A stretch of DNA of 64,000 nt from Fibrobacterales bacterium (GCA_051532055.1 JAOPTX010000007.1:173212-237211); one strand, 5' to 3'. Counted from the first letter of the stretch, positions 10,355-20,465 are shown. Numbers and translations are program-made. Notes: generated by a model from the letters alone, not told the origin.

Positions 10355-10873
10355 ATGATGACTCATGCAACTGTCCATTTTATCACCGGTGGGCAGCGCT
10401 CAGGTAAAAGTAGCTTTGCTCACGCTCAAGCTGAGACTCTCTCTTCAGCCCCCCACTACCTGGCAACTGCCCGATTATGGGATGACGATTTTAAGGATCG
10501 CGTTAAAAGACATAAATCAGATAGAGGTTCTCACTGGACAACTATTGAAGAAGAGATCAATCTCGACACTCTTGAACTCACTGGAAAAGTAGTGGTCGTT
10601 GATTGCATCACCCTTTGGTTGACCAATCTATTTCATGATGCATCATACACTGTGGACACTGCACTCACTCAAGGCAAAAACATTTGGGACCGACTTCTTC
10701 AGCAAAAGTGTACGCTACTCGTAGTCAGCAATGAAATAGGAATGTCTATTCATGCCGAGCATGAAAGTGCCCGGAAATTCACCGACCTTCAAGGTTGGAT
10801 GAATCAATACATTGCCCACCGAGCTCAAAAGGTCAGTCTTATTGTTTCGGGAATCGAACTCAAGGTAAAATAA
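10355..10873 (+). CDS. cobU: adenosylcobinamide kinase / adenosylcobinamide-phosphate guanylyltransferase
   Basis: P-loop FITGGQRSGKS near the N-terminus and VVVDCITLWLTNL. The track ORF starts at 10319, overlapping cobT; the ATG at 10355 gives a family-typical N-terminus. Confidence 0.85.
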   Translation: MMTHATVHFITGGQRSGKSSFAHAQAETLSSAPHYLATARLWDDDFKDRVKRHKSDRGSHWTTIEEEINLDTLELTGKVVVVDCITLWLTNLFHDASYTVDTALTQGKNIWDRLLQQKCTLLVVSNEIGMSIHAEHESARKFTDLQGWMNQYIAHRAQKVSLIVSGIELKVK

Positions 10874-10875
10874 CC

Positions 10876-11634
10876 ATGCTTTCAGAGATTAAATCACTTC
10901 TCCACTGTTTACGCTTTTTCACTCGAATCCCCGTTCCCCAGTGGGTCGGCTATAGTGATGACCACCAATTTAGGTCTACAAAATATTTCCCTTTCATTGG
11001 ATATATTGTTGGCGGGACATCTGCTCTCACTTTTTATTTCTGTGCCTCATCTCTCTCTACCATTCTCTCAATTATTATCAGTACCATAGTTTCAATCATT
11101 CTTACGGGTGCCTTTCACGAAGATGGCTTGGCAGACTTCTGTGACGGCTTTGGAGGAGGATACGGTAAAGAAAAAATACTCACTATAATGAAAGATAGTC
11201 GTATTGGCACCTATGGTTCTGTTGGTCTCATTTCCATTTTAAGTATAAAAGCAAGTACTCTTGTAGAATTTCCTAATCATAAGCTCCCGGTTATCATTGT
11301 CGCCGGACATTGTTTCAGTCGATTTATCCCCCTATTGCTCATGCGTACAACATCATATGTAAGCATACACGGTAAGTCACATCACCTTCAAAAGAGTATT
11401 CCTTCACTCTACCTACTATTTGGATTACTTACTCTTGTACCTCTTCTTTTATGGTTCCCCTGGCAAGTTCTTCTTATCAACCTTGGGGTGAGCGCAATTA
11501 CCCTCACCTTATTTCGATATTATATAATAAAACACATTGGTGGCTACACCGGTGATATCCTCGGAACAGTACAACAAGTAAGTGAAGTCTTCTTCTATTT
11601 AGGGGTTCTTACTATGGGGGCACAATTCACATGA
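10876..11634 (+). CDS. cobS: adenosylcobinamide-GDP ribazoletransferase (cobalamin synthase)
   Basis: Polytopic membrane protein with FHEDGLADFCDGFGGG. The ATG at 10876 lies 2 nt after the cobU stop; the track ORF's 5' extension overlaps cobU. Confidence 0.85.
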   Translation: MLSEIKSLLHCLRFFTRIPVPQWVGYSDDHQFRSTKYFPFIGYIVGGTSALTFYFCASSLSTILSIIISTIVSIILTGAFHEDGLADFCDGFGGGYGKEKILTIMKDSRIGTYGSVGLISILSIKASTLVEFPNHKLPVIIVAGHCFSRFIPLLLMRTTSYVSIHGKSHHLQKSIPSLYLLFGLLTLVPLLLWFPWQVLLINLGVSAITLTLFRYYIIKHIGGYTGDILGTVQQVSEVFFYLGVLTMGAQFT

Positions 11635-12179
11635 TACTCACCCTTATTAGGCATACTGCAGTTGCCACCCCTAAAGGGATATGTTATGGCATGTCCGATG
11701 TCGCTCTTCACGACACCTTTTCAACAGAAGTTGATGCTATTAAAAAAAAGGTCGACTCAACAACTTTTGACACAATTATAAGTAGTCCACTCACTCGATG
11801 CACTACCCTTGCTCACACTCTTTTTCCCACATCAGTCATTAAAACCGATACACGCATAGCCGAAATGCATTTTGGTGACTGGGAGATGGAGTCATGGAAT
11901 GCCATCTACGATTCAAGCTATGGAAAAAAATGGTTTAAGGATTACATAAATATCAATTGTCCCAATGGTGAATCATTCTCCACACTGATGAAACGCACCA
12001 CTGCCTGTATAGAATCATTACCCGAAAAATCATCTATTGTTATCATTACACACGCAGGCGTTATCCGTGCACTTCTTGCCACCTATACCTCTCTCACACC
12101 TATAGAGACTTTTGATAAAACTATTGAGTATGGAGATATTATCACTCTTGAAATCCCATTAACACCGGAGGCTTTATGA
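11631..12179 (+). CDS. cobC: alpha-ribazole-5'-phosphate phosphatase (histidine phosphatase family)
   Basis: N-terminal LIRHT catalytic motif and ITHAGVIRAL. ATGA start/stop overlap with cobS; position within the cob operon. Confidence 0.75.
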   Translation: MILTLIRHTAVATPKGICYGMSDVALHDTFSTEVDAIKKKVDSTTFDTIISSPLTRCTTLAHTLFPTSVIKTDTRIAEMHFGDWEMESWNAIYDSSYGKKWFKDYININCPNGESFSTLMKRTTACIESLPEKSSIVIITHAGVIRALLATYTSLTPIETFDKTIEYGDIITLEIPLTPEAL

Positions 12180-13657
12180 GCTCAACTCTTTTGAAACCAA
12201 TAATGTTTGTCGGAACGGGATCTGATGTAGGCAAGAGCGTTATCAATGCTGCCTTTTGTCGAATTTTTAAACAAGATGGACATACACCTGCACCATTTAA
12301 AGCACAAAACATGTCTCTCAACAGTTATGCCACTCCAGAAGGTCACGAAATAGGACGCGCCCAAGCCATGCAAGCAGAAGCAGCCAGGATTCCTTGTTCT
12401 GTTTCTATGAACCCAGTATTATTAAAACCCAATTCGAACATGGAAGCTCAAATTGTACTTAATGGTAAGCCATGGGCTAACAAAACAGCTCTTGATTATT
12501 TTAATGGCACCGATAGAGACTTTCTCTTTGCTGAAGCGATGAAAGGGTTCGATGATCTCGCATCACGATTTTGCCCTGTTGTGGTCGAAGGTGCCGGAAG
12601 TATTTCAGAAGTAAATCTTCGTGATAGAGATATTACTAATATGCGTGTTGCTGTAGAGCGAAATGCCGACGTCTACCTTATTACCGACATTGATAAAGGT
12701 GGAGTTTTTGGCTCTGTATATGGTACACTCGAACTTCTACCCGTTAATGAACGAGCCCTGATTAAGGGAATTATTATCAATAAATTTAGAGGTGATAGTG
12801 CACTTTTTGAAGATGGTCGGATTCAACTTGAAGAGCTTACTGGTGTCCCAGTGGTTGGTGTAATCCCTTATTTCAGAGACATTATACTTGATGATGAAGA
12901 TTCAGTAATTCTCGATCTTAAAAGTGGACAGACTCCTCAAGTAAAACAACTCTCTATCGTTATTGTTCTCCTCAAGCAAATGTCAAATTTTACAGATTTT
13001 GCAGCCCTCGAGCGCATCAATTCTATATCTGTTCAATACAGCGCCAATCCTCAAACCGTCGTTGACGCTGATATTGTCATTATCCCTGGTTCTAAAAACT
13101 CAATCAGCGATTTAAACCATCTCAGAGAATCTGGCCTCGCAACAGCGATACTCAACGCATATGACGCAGGCAAATCTATTTACGGTATATGTGGCGGCTT
13201 TCAAATGATGGGAAAAGAAATTCACGATCCCCACGGTATAGAAGGTACTTTTACAACTATGCCAGGACTTGGCATACTCCCTGTATCTACTACTCTCACT
13301 ACAGATAAAATAACTGAACAGTGCACTTTTCAGTTTAGAAACTCTTCAGAACCCTGCAAAGGATATGAAATTCATATGGGTGAAACCACAAGTGAGCATC
13401 ATTCACCACTTTGTACTATACAGGGCATATCTGATGGGCACTACCTCAATGAAAGGGTATGGGGAAGTTATATCCATGGTATGTTTGACAATCACGAGAT
13501 AGTTAATTCAATATTAAAGGCTGCTGGGCATCAAGAGACGATAGAGCCTTTTAGTATATCAGCATTTAAAGAGACCCAATACAACAAACTTGCTGATGTT
13601 GTCAGAGATTATTGTGACCTTGAATACATATATTCCCAGCTCTCAAAAAACAAATAA
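12176..13657 (+). CDS. cobQ: cobyric acid synthase
   Basis: N-terminal nucleotide-binding loop GTGSDVGKS and a C-terminal glutamine amidotransferase motif GICGGFQMMG. 493 aa; ATGA overlap with cobC. Confidence 0.9.
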   Translation: MSSTLLKPIMFVGTGSDVGKSVINAAFCRIFKQDGHTPAPFKAQNMSLNSYATPEGHEIGRAQAMQAEAARIPCSVSMNPVLLKPNSNMEAQIVLNGKPWANKTALDYFNGTDRDFLFAEAMKGFDDLASRFCPVVVEGAGSISEVNLRDRDITNMRVAVERNADVYLITDIDKGGVFGSVYGTLELLPVNERALIKGIIINKFRGDSALFEDGRIQLEELTGVPVVGVIPYFRDIILDDEDSVILDLKSGQTPQVKQLSIVIVLLKQMSNFTDFAALERINSISVQYSANPQTVVDADIVIIPGSKNSISDLNHLRESGLATAILNAYDAGKSIYGICGGFQMMGKEIHDPHGIEGTFTTMPGLGILPVSTTLTTDKITEQCTFQFRNSSEPCKGYEIHMGETTSEHHSPLCTIQGISDGHYLNERVWGSYIHGMFDNHEIVNSILKAAGHQETIEPFSISAFKETQYNKLADVVRDYCDLEYIYSQLSKNK

Positions 13658-13750
13658 TTACTTTGAAACTTCTATGATGGGTACACTATTAGGCATTCAT
13701 TTTTAACCTACTATTCCTATCTTTGTACAAGGTACCTGAGGAGTATATTA

Positions 13751-14272
13751 ATGGAAAAGAAAGGTCTCATTCTCATAAACACCGGAGAAGGAAAAGGGAA
13801 ATCAACTGCTGGATTTGGTACTGTCGTACGTAGTCTTGGGCTCGGTAAAAAATGTGCAGTAGTGCAGTTTATTAAAAGTCCAAAATCAACCTGTGAATCT
13901 AGTTTTTTTGAATCAATTTCTGATGTTGCATTTCATTCTATGGGTAAAGGATTTACCTGGAATAGCAAAGACCTTGAAATTGATAAACAAGCTGCAAAAG
14001 AGGCTCTTGACCAAGCCATCATCTACCTTAATGATCCTGACTATTGGACGGTAATGATGGATGAAATTACTTATGCCGTCAATTACAACTTTATTGACCT
14101 CCAGACGGTGCTTGATGCCCTTGATAATCGCACCCCTGAAACAAATGTAATTCTTACGGGTCGTGACTGCCCCCAAGGACTTATTGATGTTGCTGATTGC
14201 GTATCAGAAATGAAAAAAATAAAACACCAATTTGACAACAATATTTCTGCGCGCAAAGGAATTGACTTTTAA
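13751..14272 (+). CDS. btuR: cob(I)yrinic acid a,c-diamide (corrinoid) adenosyltransferase
   Basis: TGEGKGKSTAGFG P-loop and the family-typical C-terminal RKGIDF. GAGGAG ribosome-binding site upstream. Confidence 0.85.
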   Translation: MEKKGLILINTGEGKGKSTAGFGTVVRSLGLGKKCAVVQFIKSPKSTCESSFFESISDVAFHSMGKGFTWNSKDLEIDKQAAKEALDQAIIYLNDPDYWTVMMDEITYAVNYNFIDLQTVLDALDNRTPETNVILTGRDCPQGLIDVADCVSEMKKIKHQFDNNISARKGIDF

Positions 14273-15189
14273 TGTGGAAAATTTTTCTCAATGTGGTTCT
14301 CATCACAGCACTTAACACTCCAGGAACAGAAACGACCTATCCATTTTCTATTCTTATTAATAGTGAAACAGTTACGCTCCCTAAAGAGCCTCAACGTATT
14401 ATATCCATGGCACCCAACATGACTGAAACCCTGTTTGCACTGGGTGCCGGTTCAAAAGTTGTTGGACGCTCTTTCTATTGTGATTTTCCAGCAGCTGTAA
14501 AAAATATTCCAAATGTTGGCCATCTATACGCCCCTAACCTAGAGAAAATATTAACTCTAAAACCTGACCTTATTATTGCCGCAACCCACTACTCAGAGCG
14601 TTCACTTACTGTACTGAGACAAGCAGGGATTCCCGTTGTTTCTCAACCAACACCAACCTCAATTGCAGAAATTTATTCGTATATACAACGTGTAGGGAGT
14701 ATTATTAATCACACCGATCAAGCCCACACTCTTGTGACTGACCTAAAAAATAAAATGAATTCCATTGCTCGACTTACCGATACTCTCTCTCATAAACCAT
14801 CAGTATATTATGCCGTTGGTGCAGGTCGTGGAGGAGACTATACCCCTGGAGGCGATACCTATTTATCAGATTTTATCACTCTATGTGGTGGTAAAAATAT
14901 TGCTCAAAACCTAAAGGGGTGGCGCTATAATATTGAAAACCTCCTTATAAATGACCCTCAAATTATCATTGGTGACTCATTGACCTACAAAACAATGACT
15001 AATCAGTCAAATTACAAGAATCTTACGGTAATAAAGTCTAAAAATTATATAATTATTGAAAAAGAACTCTTCACTCGTATGGGGCCACGTCTCATACAAA
15101 ATGGTGCTGACACTCTTTTAAAAATATTTCATCCAACGGTGTATAAAGATTCGAGATATGGTCAGTCAATCAAAACAGTTTCACACTAA
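14272..15189 (+). CDS. btuF: ABC transporter periplasmic substrate-binding protein, BtuF/iron-siderophore type (cluster A-II)
   Basis: Signal peptide; PQRIISMAPNMTETLFALGAGSKVVG motif; sits between btuR and FecCD/ATPase genes. Confidence 0.8.
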   Translation: MWKIFLNVVLITALNTPGTETTYPFSILINSETVTLPKEPQRIISMAPNMTETLFALGAGSKVVGRSFYCDFPAAVKNIPNVGHLYAPNLEKILTLKPDLIIAATHYSERSLTVLRQAGIPVVSQPTPTSIAEIYSYIQRVGSIINHTDQAHTLVTDLKNKMNSIARLTDTLSHKPSVYYAVGAGRGGDYTPGGDTYLSDFITLCGGKNIAQNLKGWRYNIENLLINDPQIIIGDSLTYKTMTNQSNYKNLTVIKSKNYIIIEKELFTRMGPRLIQNGADTLLKIFHPTVYKDSRYGQSIKTVSH

Positions 15190-16207
15190 GAGTCTTATAT
15201 CACTAATTCTCCTCTACATTTTCTTAATCCCCCTTCTTACTACCTTTGGATCCGTCGATATAAGTTTTGGCAATGTTATTACCGTTATCACTCATAAACT
15301 GGGCCTAACTTTTCAGTCATTTGATTACTCAATAATTGGAACAGTCAAAGAGCAAATCATTATTGATATCCGACTACCCCGTGTCATTCTTGCAGGAATT
15401 GTCGGCATGATACTTGCACTAGTAGGAGCATCATTTCAGGCAGTATTTAAAAACCCTCTTGCAGATCCTTTTGTAATGGGCACCTCATCAGGTGCGGCAC
15501 TTGGAATTACTCTCGGTATTTTATTTGGCATGAGTGGTGAACTATTAGGCATTAGCGCTACAACTATTCTCGCATTTATCTGTGCCATACTAACTACGCT
15601 CCTTGTCTACCAGCTTGCCAAAGTAGGTGAGAAAGTATCAACGACTTCAATACTCCTCGCAGGTATTGTCACCAGCTCAATTATTACAGCTCTTATATCA
15701 CTCATTATGATCTTCAAACAAGATCAGATTTCAGACATTATTCTTATGACTATGGGCAGCTTCAATAGTGCCACATGGAATCAAGTAATTATTATCGGCC
15801 CTCTTTTTATTATTGCATCAAGTATACTCCTCTTTAAAGCACAAGAGATGAATGCACTGGTTATGGGAGATATGGATGCTCATAGTATTGGGGTAAACGC
15901 CAATAAAAATAAGATTATTATTCTCATCTCTTCGGCTCTACTCGTAGCCCTCGCGGTATCTGCTAGCGGTATTATCGGTTTTGTTGGGATCATCATTCCG
16001 CACCTACTTCGCCTGCTCTTTGGGCCTAACCATAGAACTCTCTTGCCTCTCTCAGCTATCAGTGGTGCAATTTTTTTATTAGTGTGCGACTCATTTTCAC
16101 GCACTTTTCTCGAAAACACTGAAATCCCCATTGGGATAATTACCGCCCTTTGTGGTGGCCCATTCTTTCTTATGTTGTTAAAACGCCACAAAAACAGACT
16201 CATTTAG
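15158..16207 (+). CDS. btuC: FecCD-family ABC permease (BtuC-like)
   Basis: About 9-10 hydrophobic spans; GIIGFVGIIIPHLLRLLFGPNHR and a C-terminal ITALCGGPFFL, both typical of FecCD/BtuC. Confidence 0.85.
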   Translation: MVSQSKQFHTKSLISLILLYIFLIPLLTTFGSVDISFGNVITVITHKLGLTFQSFDYSIIGTVKEQIIIDIRLPRVILAGIVGMILALVGASFQAVFKNPLADPFVMGTSSGAALGITLGILFGMSGELLGISATTILAFICAILTTLLVYQLAKVGEKVSTTSILLAGIVTSSIITALISLIMIFKQDQISDIILMTMGSFNSATWNQVIIIGPLFIIASSILLFKAQEMNALVMGDMDAHSIGVNANKNKIIILISSALLVALAVSASGIIGFVGIIIPHLLRLLFGPNHRTLLPLSAISGAIFLLVCDSFSRTFLENTEIPIGIITALCGGPFFLMLLKRHKNRLI

Positions 16208-16214
16208 AGGTAGT

Positions 16215-16988
16215 ATGTCTTCACTATTAAAAGCAAAAAGCCTCAACTTTAATTATGTGACTTCACATATACTAAAGAACATACATCTCGACATTGAGCC
16301 CGGCACCTTTACCTCTATTCTCGGCCCCAATGGGTCAGGAAAAACAACACTACTTAAAAATTTGTGTGGAGTATTAAAACCTCAATATGGTGAGATTACC
16401 CTCCATGACAAACCAATTGAGCTCTATTCAACAGTAGAGCTTGCCCAAAACATGGCTGTAATCCATCAATCTTCTGATGTGCACTTTGACTTTTCAATTT
16501 ATGATATTGTAATGATGGGCCGATATTCCCATATGAATTTTTTGCAAAGTGCAACAGATCTCGATTACCATATTGTCCAAACAGCTATGCTCGAAACCGA
16601 TACGTGGAATATTAAAGACAAATCGATTTATGAGATTTCGGGAGGAGAAAAACAACGCGTTATCATTGCGCGATCACTCGCTCAACAGTCAGGTATTTTA
16701 CTGTTAGATGAACCGATAAACCATCTTGATCTTAAACATCAAATTTCGATTCTCTCACTTATCAAAACCCTCTCCAAAGAAAAAAACCTTGCGGTACTCA
16801 CTACGCTCCACGATATCAATATGGCTGCACGATTTAGTGATTCTATAGTTTTATTAAATAATGGTAAAGTCGTTACCAAAGGATCCCCTCAACGTGTTCT
16901 TACAAAAGAACATATTGAAAGGATTTATGACATTGAGGTTACCATCTCTGAAGATCACAATGGCAACCCCTATATAATTCCTAATTAG
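16215..16988 (+). CDS. btuD: ABC transporter ATP-binding protein (BtuD/FecE-like)
   Basis: Walker A GPNGSGKTT, signature SGGEKQR, Walker B LLLDEP. Confidence 0.9.
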   Translation: MSSLLKAKSLNFNYVTSHILKNIHLDIEPGTFTSILGPNGSGKTTLLKNLCGVLKPQYGEITLHDKPIELYSTVELAQNMAVIHQSSDVHFDFSIYDIVMMGRYSHMNFLQSATDLDYHIVQTAMLETDTWNIKDKSIYEISGGEKQRVIIARSLAQQSGILLLDEPINHLDLKHQISILSLIKTLSKEKNLAVLTTLHDINMAARFSDSIVLLNNGKVVTKGSPQRVLTKEHIERIYDIEVTISEDHNGNPYIIPN

Positions 16989-16997
16989 AAAGATATA

Positions 16998-18242
16998 CTA
17001 AGGAAATACTACTGTAATAGCATTTGGAGAAGGAATTGTTGAGCCAACGGGTCCTGCAAGTAATGTGTCTGCTTCATAAATTACCAATCCAGATGCGGTA
17101 GATTTTTGTTCACCAAAAAGTAACACATCAGTTCCTGCGTGATAATACACCCCTCCACCTATTTCTGTTTCAGTACCATATGTTTTAACTATTGCCTGTG
17201 TTGTGAGGTCAAATAATTTCACACTGGTCAAAGGCCATCCACCGCTAATAGTAATAAAGAGTTCTGTTGCATTTTTTTGAACAAGCGCCGATCCTGAATT
17301 TGAAGGATCACCACCCAACGCCTCATTATTAATGAGAATCGTCGACACTTGAGTTGTTAGGTCGATATGCTCGAGTCCCCCTTCTCCTAAACCATATTTC
17401 CCTGAAGATGCAACATAGAGGTCATTACCATCAATAACAGTATTCGCCGGGTTTTTTAGTTGTGGAGTAATTGTATTTACAATTGTGTTTGTATTAATAT
17501 CAATCACAGCAATTTTTGCAGTATCAGGGTTCCAATCAGTATCGAATCTCTGCATACTCACATATAATAGATTATCTACCAAATTAAGGTCAGCAGCATT
17601 CGGTGTTGTCATTCCTGGTACTGCATATGCACTCAAATCAATTGAGTCAACAGCAATGCCAGATGTAAGATCCATTTCTACAACATATGGTAATCCATAA
17701 TAGACCACATAACCTATAGTATCATTAGCAAAAACTATTTCATATGGATTTCCATTAACCGCTAAACTGTTTTGATACGTAACGCTCGCTGTAGTTGTAT
17801 TATATTTTGTGATATTTCCTACCTGGCGCTCAAGAATATAGAGATCGGTACCGCGGGTATAAATCCTTGAATCTTGGTCTATCTCTATTAAAGACTTCGA
17901 CAGAATAAAGGTCGAATCAAGAGATACCGATCTCAATTGACCACCTTCTCCATATTCCCCAACAACCATGTAGGATACCCCACTCTTTCTCTTACTTTCA
18001 ACAGACTTTTCTCCATTTTGTTGAAGAGTATCCTCTGTAGTTGTATTTGGATTTACAGGAACAGTATCAATTCCTGTTGTATCAGCACCTACAGGAACAG
18101 TATCAATTGCAGTAGTATCGGTATTCACTGGTGTATTATGATCTACAACAACATTCGATCCCGGGTCTTCTGATTCTGTATTAAACAAACACGCGCTTAA
18201 AAGAAGTAGTAGTGTGAATAGTAACAAGTGTAATAATTTCAT
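16998..18242 (-). CDS. surface/periplasmic lipoprotein with an N-terminal Thr/Asp/Pro tandem-repeat linker and a YncE/DUF5074-like beta-propeller-type body
   Basis: Lipobox LLLLLSAC. Peptide repeat DTTAIDTVPV / DTTGIDTVPV. Recurrent blade-like pattern (LYV..., IAVIDINTNTIV..., GNDLYVASSG...). Lies immediately downstream of the riboswitch-controlled TonB receptor. Confidence 0.6.
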   Translation of the reverse strand: MKLLHLLLFTLLLLLSACLFNTESEDPGSNVVVDHNTPVNTDTTAIDTVPVGADTTGIDTVPVNPNTTTEDTLQQNGEKSVESKRKSGVSYMVVGEYGEGGQLRSVSLDSTFILSKSLIEIDQDSRIYTRGTDLYILERQVGNITKYNTTTASVTYQNSLAVNGNPYEIVFANDTIGYVVYYGLPYVVEMDLTSGIAVDSIDLSAYAVPGMTTPNAADLNLVDNLLYVSMQRFDTDWNPDTAKIAVIDINTNTIVNTITPQLKNPANTVIDGNDLYVASSGKYGLGEGGLEHIDLTTQVSTILINNEALGGDPSNSGSALVQKNATELFITISGGWPLTSVKLFDLTTQAIVKTYGTETEIGGGVYYHAGTDVLLFGEQKSTASGLVIYEADTLLAGPVGSTIPSPNAITVVFP

Positions 18243-18250
18243 TGTATCCT

Positions 18251-20245
18251 CTATTTATTTATTGTTATGTGAATTTTAAAATTTTGACCAGGGGATGGAT
18301 AAGCATCATTAACGCTTTCATTAGCACTATAAGACGACGTAATATCATATACCCCCGCAGTAAGGTTTGCATTTTTTGCCAATTTCATTTTGAGATACAC
18401 ATCATGTTGTGATCCTGGTTTCGTTTTCCAAGAATTTGATAAATCCCGAAACATACTTGACTGATATCCATAATCATATCCCAGTGTAACACTCTTATAC
18501 GTATACTCAAAAGTATTGTCGAACGTAATGAATGGTACATAGGGAAGTAAATTGTTTCGAGTTGAAGATTTGTTAGACAAAACTTCTGACCCTTGTATTG
18601 TAAACAAAGAACTAGTAAAGATATTTTTAGATAAAAAAGTTTTTAGTGAAAACTCAATACCATTCGTAAAGGTTTTATCCTCATTAATATATTTCATAAT
18701 ACCTGAAGAATATTTACGACCTATCCAATCATTTACCTCTTTCGAAAAATAGGTGATCTCAGTTTGCAACTTTTTTCTTTCAAATCGAAATCCAAGCTCC
18801 CATTCAAAACTTGTTTCAGATTTGAGAGTGTCATTAGCAAGGATGCCATTTTTTGTGCCATATCGCTCTTCAAGTGAAGCTATTCGATAATTTTTTCCTA
18901 CAACGCCAAATAGAACCATAGTATTACTATTGTTAGAAAGCATAGTGTAATGCAATCCTCCGCTATAACCTAAATGCCAATCAAGCTCTTCCTGTTTCAA
19001 CTCTCGCTTATCCCACATCAAATCAGCGAGACATCGACCATGTACTTTGATTGATTCTATTGGGTAAAAGGTTATTTCTGTGCTATTCTTCACTGCTTGT
19101 CTACTTGCCATAAAGGCCTGATCGATAGTATCTCCTATCAAATGTTGAGGCTTAAGCAACTCATGCTCGTACGCTAATTTATGATAGAGCAACCACTGTT
19201 CACTCGGAAGTATTCTGAATGAGACAAACGGTTTCCATGAATAGCTTACACGCTGGGATTCAGTATCTTGATTAACATACAGCGGATAATCTTCTTTAAA
19301 AATAAAATGCTTAATGCTTCCAATACTATTTTTTGATCCTAAAACCATTTCAGGATAAGTACGTATATTCCAACGTTTTTTATACTGTCCGAAGACACTT
19401 CCACTCATAGAAGATATTGTAGAGCGATTGGTCACTTTATACTCATTCCCCGAAAGCTCTTTCGAGTTGTAATCTGCCTCTACCTTTATAAACAGCTCCC
19501 CTTTCAACACCTTCCCCGTAATCACCTCTATGCCACTCGCTGAAGTATAACCATCGTTACTTTTTTGCATTACACTATCATCTGTCGTATTGTACGTAGT
19601 CCCATTTCGATTAAGAAACTTAAAATCATTATCACTATGAATTACACTTACGATACTTTGACTGTTAAACCCGACTCCAATTTTTTGGTTATAGCTTACA
19701 GTATTATGAAATGTCTGAAAACTCCCTAAAGAGAGATCAGCTCGCACACTCTCCTTCATCTTCTTTTTTGAAATAAGGTTAATGACACCACCAACTGAGC
19801 TCACTCCAAACTTAGCAGGTATAAAGCTTTTGTAAATTTCTATACGCTCATAAAGAGAGAGATCAATCTTTCCAAGGTCAACAGTACTCCCTGAGGCGCG
19901 GTTAATAGGAATATCATCAATACAAACCACTACTCGTGATCCACTCTGTCCTCGTATAGTAACACTTTGAACACCACCAACACCTCCAAACTGCCTTGTT
20001 TGAATAGCGGTCTGCCGTGCAAGAATATTAGCTAGGTTGTTCTCTTTACCTAACCACTCTGCCTCGTTAATTATTACAGTAGACTGATTTTTGTAAAGAG
20101 TCGAGGCTGTAGGGAGCTTTTCAGATACTATGATGGTATCGCTCGGCAGAGCAAAGCCGCTCGTGCAAAGAGAAAACAACAGTATCACCACATAAGTATA
20201 TGTGTTCCACAAAAAAGAGTTGGAGTGCCAAACGCAAAAAGCCAT
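18251..20245 (-). CDS. btuB: TonB-dependent outer-membrane receptor, probable corrinoid transporter
   Basis: Signal peptide, TonB-box-like DTIIVS, plug motifs (VTIRGQSGSRVVVCIDDIPIN) and a long beta-barrel. A cobalamin riboswitch sits directly upstream. Confidence 0.85.
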   Translation of the reverse strand: MAFCVWHSNSFLWNTYTYVVILLFSLCTSGFALPSDTIIVSEKLPTASTLYKNQSTVIINEAEWLGKENNLANILARQTAIQTRQFGGVGGVQSVTIRGQSGSRVVVCIDDIPINRASGSTVDLGKIDLSLYERIEIYKSFIPAKFGVSSVGGVINLISKKKMKESVRADLSLGSFQTFHNTVSYNQKIGVGFNSQSIVSVIHSDNDFKFLNRNGTTYNTTDDSVMQKSNDGYTSASGIEVITGKVLKGELFIKVEADYNSKELSGNEYKVTNRSTISSMSGSVFGQYKKRWNIRTYPEMVLGSKNSIGSIKHFIFKEDYPLYVNQDTESQRVSYSWKPFVSFRILPSEQWLLYHKLAYEHELLKPQHLIGDTIDQAFMASRQAVKNSTEITFYPIESIKVHGRCLADLMWDKRELKQEELDWHLGYSGGLHYTMLSNNSNTMVLFGVVGKNYRIASLEERYGTKNGILANDTLKSETSFEWELGFRFERKKLQTEITYFSKEVNDWIGRKYSSGIMKYINEDKTFTNGIEFSLKTFLSKNIFTSSLFTIQGSEVLSNKSSTRNNLLPYVPFITFDNTFEYTYKSVTLGYDYGYQSSMFRDLSNSWKTKPGSQHDVYLKMKLAKNANLTAGVYDITSSYSANESVNDAYPSPGQNFKIHITINK

Positions 20246-20269
20246 ATCTCGTACTTTGACCCGAAGATC

Positions 20270-20465
20270 GAGATTAAAGGGTTGTATATGGCAGGTCTTC
20301 TGACTTAAGCTTCATCCTACTCCCGATGCCTTCCCACACTATAGGTGTAGTGGCTTTAAGTATTCGGTTTCATCAGCTTTTACAGCGGCGGGACCGTTTG
20401 CGAGTTTCACGCAATTCCCTGTTAGGCCCTTCCGGGCACCATAATTTCAGAGCAATGGTAACTAT
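20270..20465 (-). promoter_or_regulatory. cobalamin (AdoCbl) riboswitch in the 5' leader of the TonB-dependent receptor
   Basis: The minus strand reads GGTGCCCGGAAGGGCCTAACAGGGAATTGCGTGAAACTCGCAAACGGTCCCGCCGCTGTAA...GCCACT...GGGAAGGC...AGTCAGAAGACCTGCC. This has the conserved core and a canonical B12 box (plus 20290-20305), followed by the ATG at 20245. Confidence 0.9.

Noticed and set aside
18046-18125. 36-nt-period direct DNA repeat (ACAGGAACAGTATCAATT x2), which could look like a mini repeat array.
   Set aside because: Only two copies, inside an ORF and in frame, encoding the DTT[AG]IDTVPV peptide repeat of the lipoprotein stalk. It is neither a CRISPR array nor a non-coding repeat.
18251-18262. 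The TonB-dependent receptor ends in ...HITINK rather than the usual aromatic C-terminal residue, which raised the possibility of a truncated or pseudogenised barrel.
   Set aside because: The ORF is full length (664 aa) with plug and barrel intact, followed 8 nt later by the co-oriented lipoprotein gene. There is no frameshifted continuation, so I treat it as a lineage variation.
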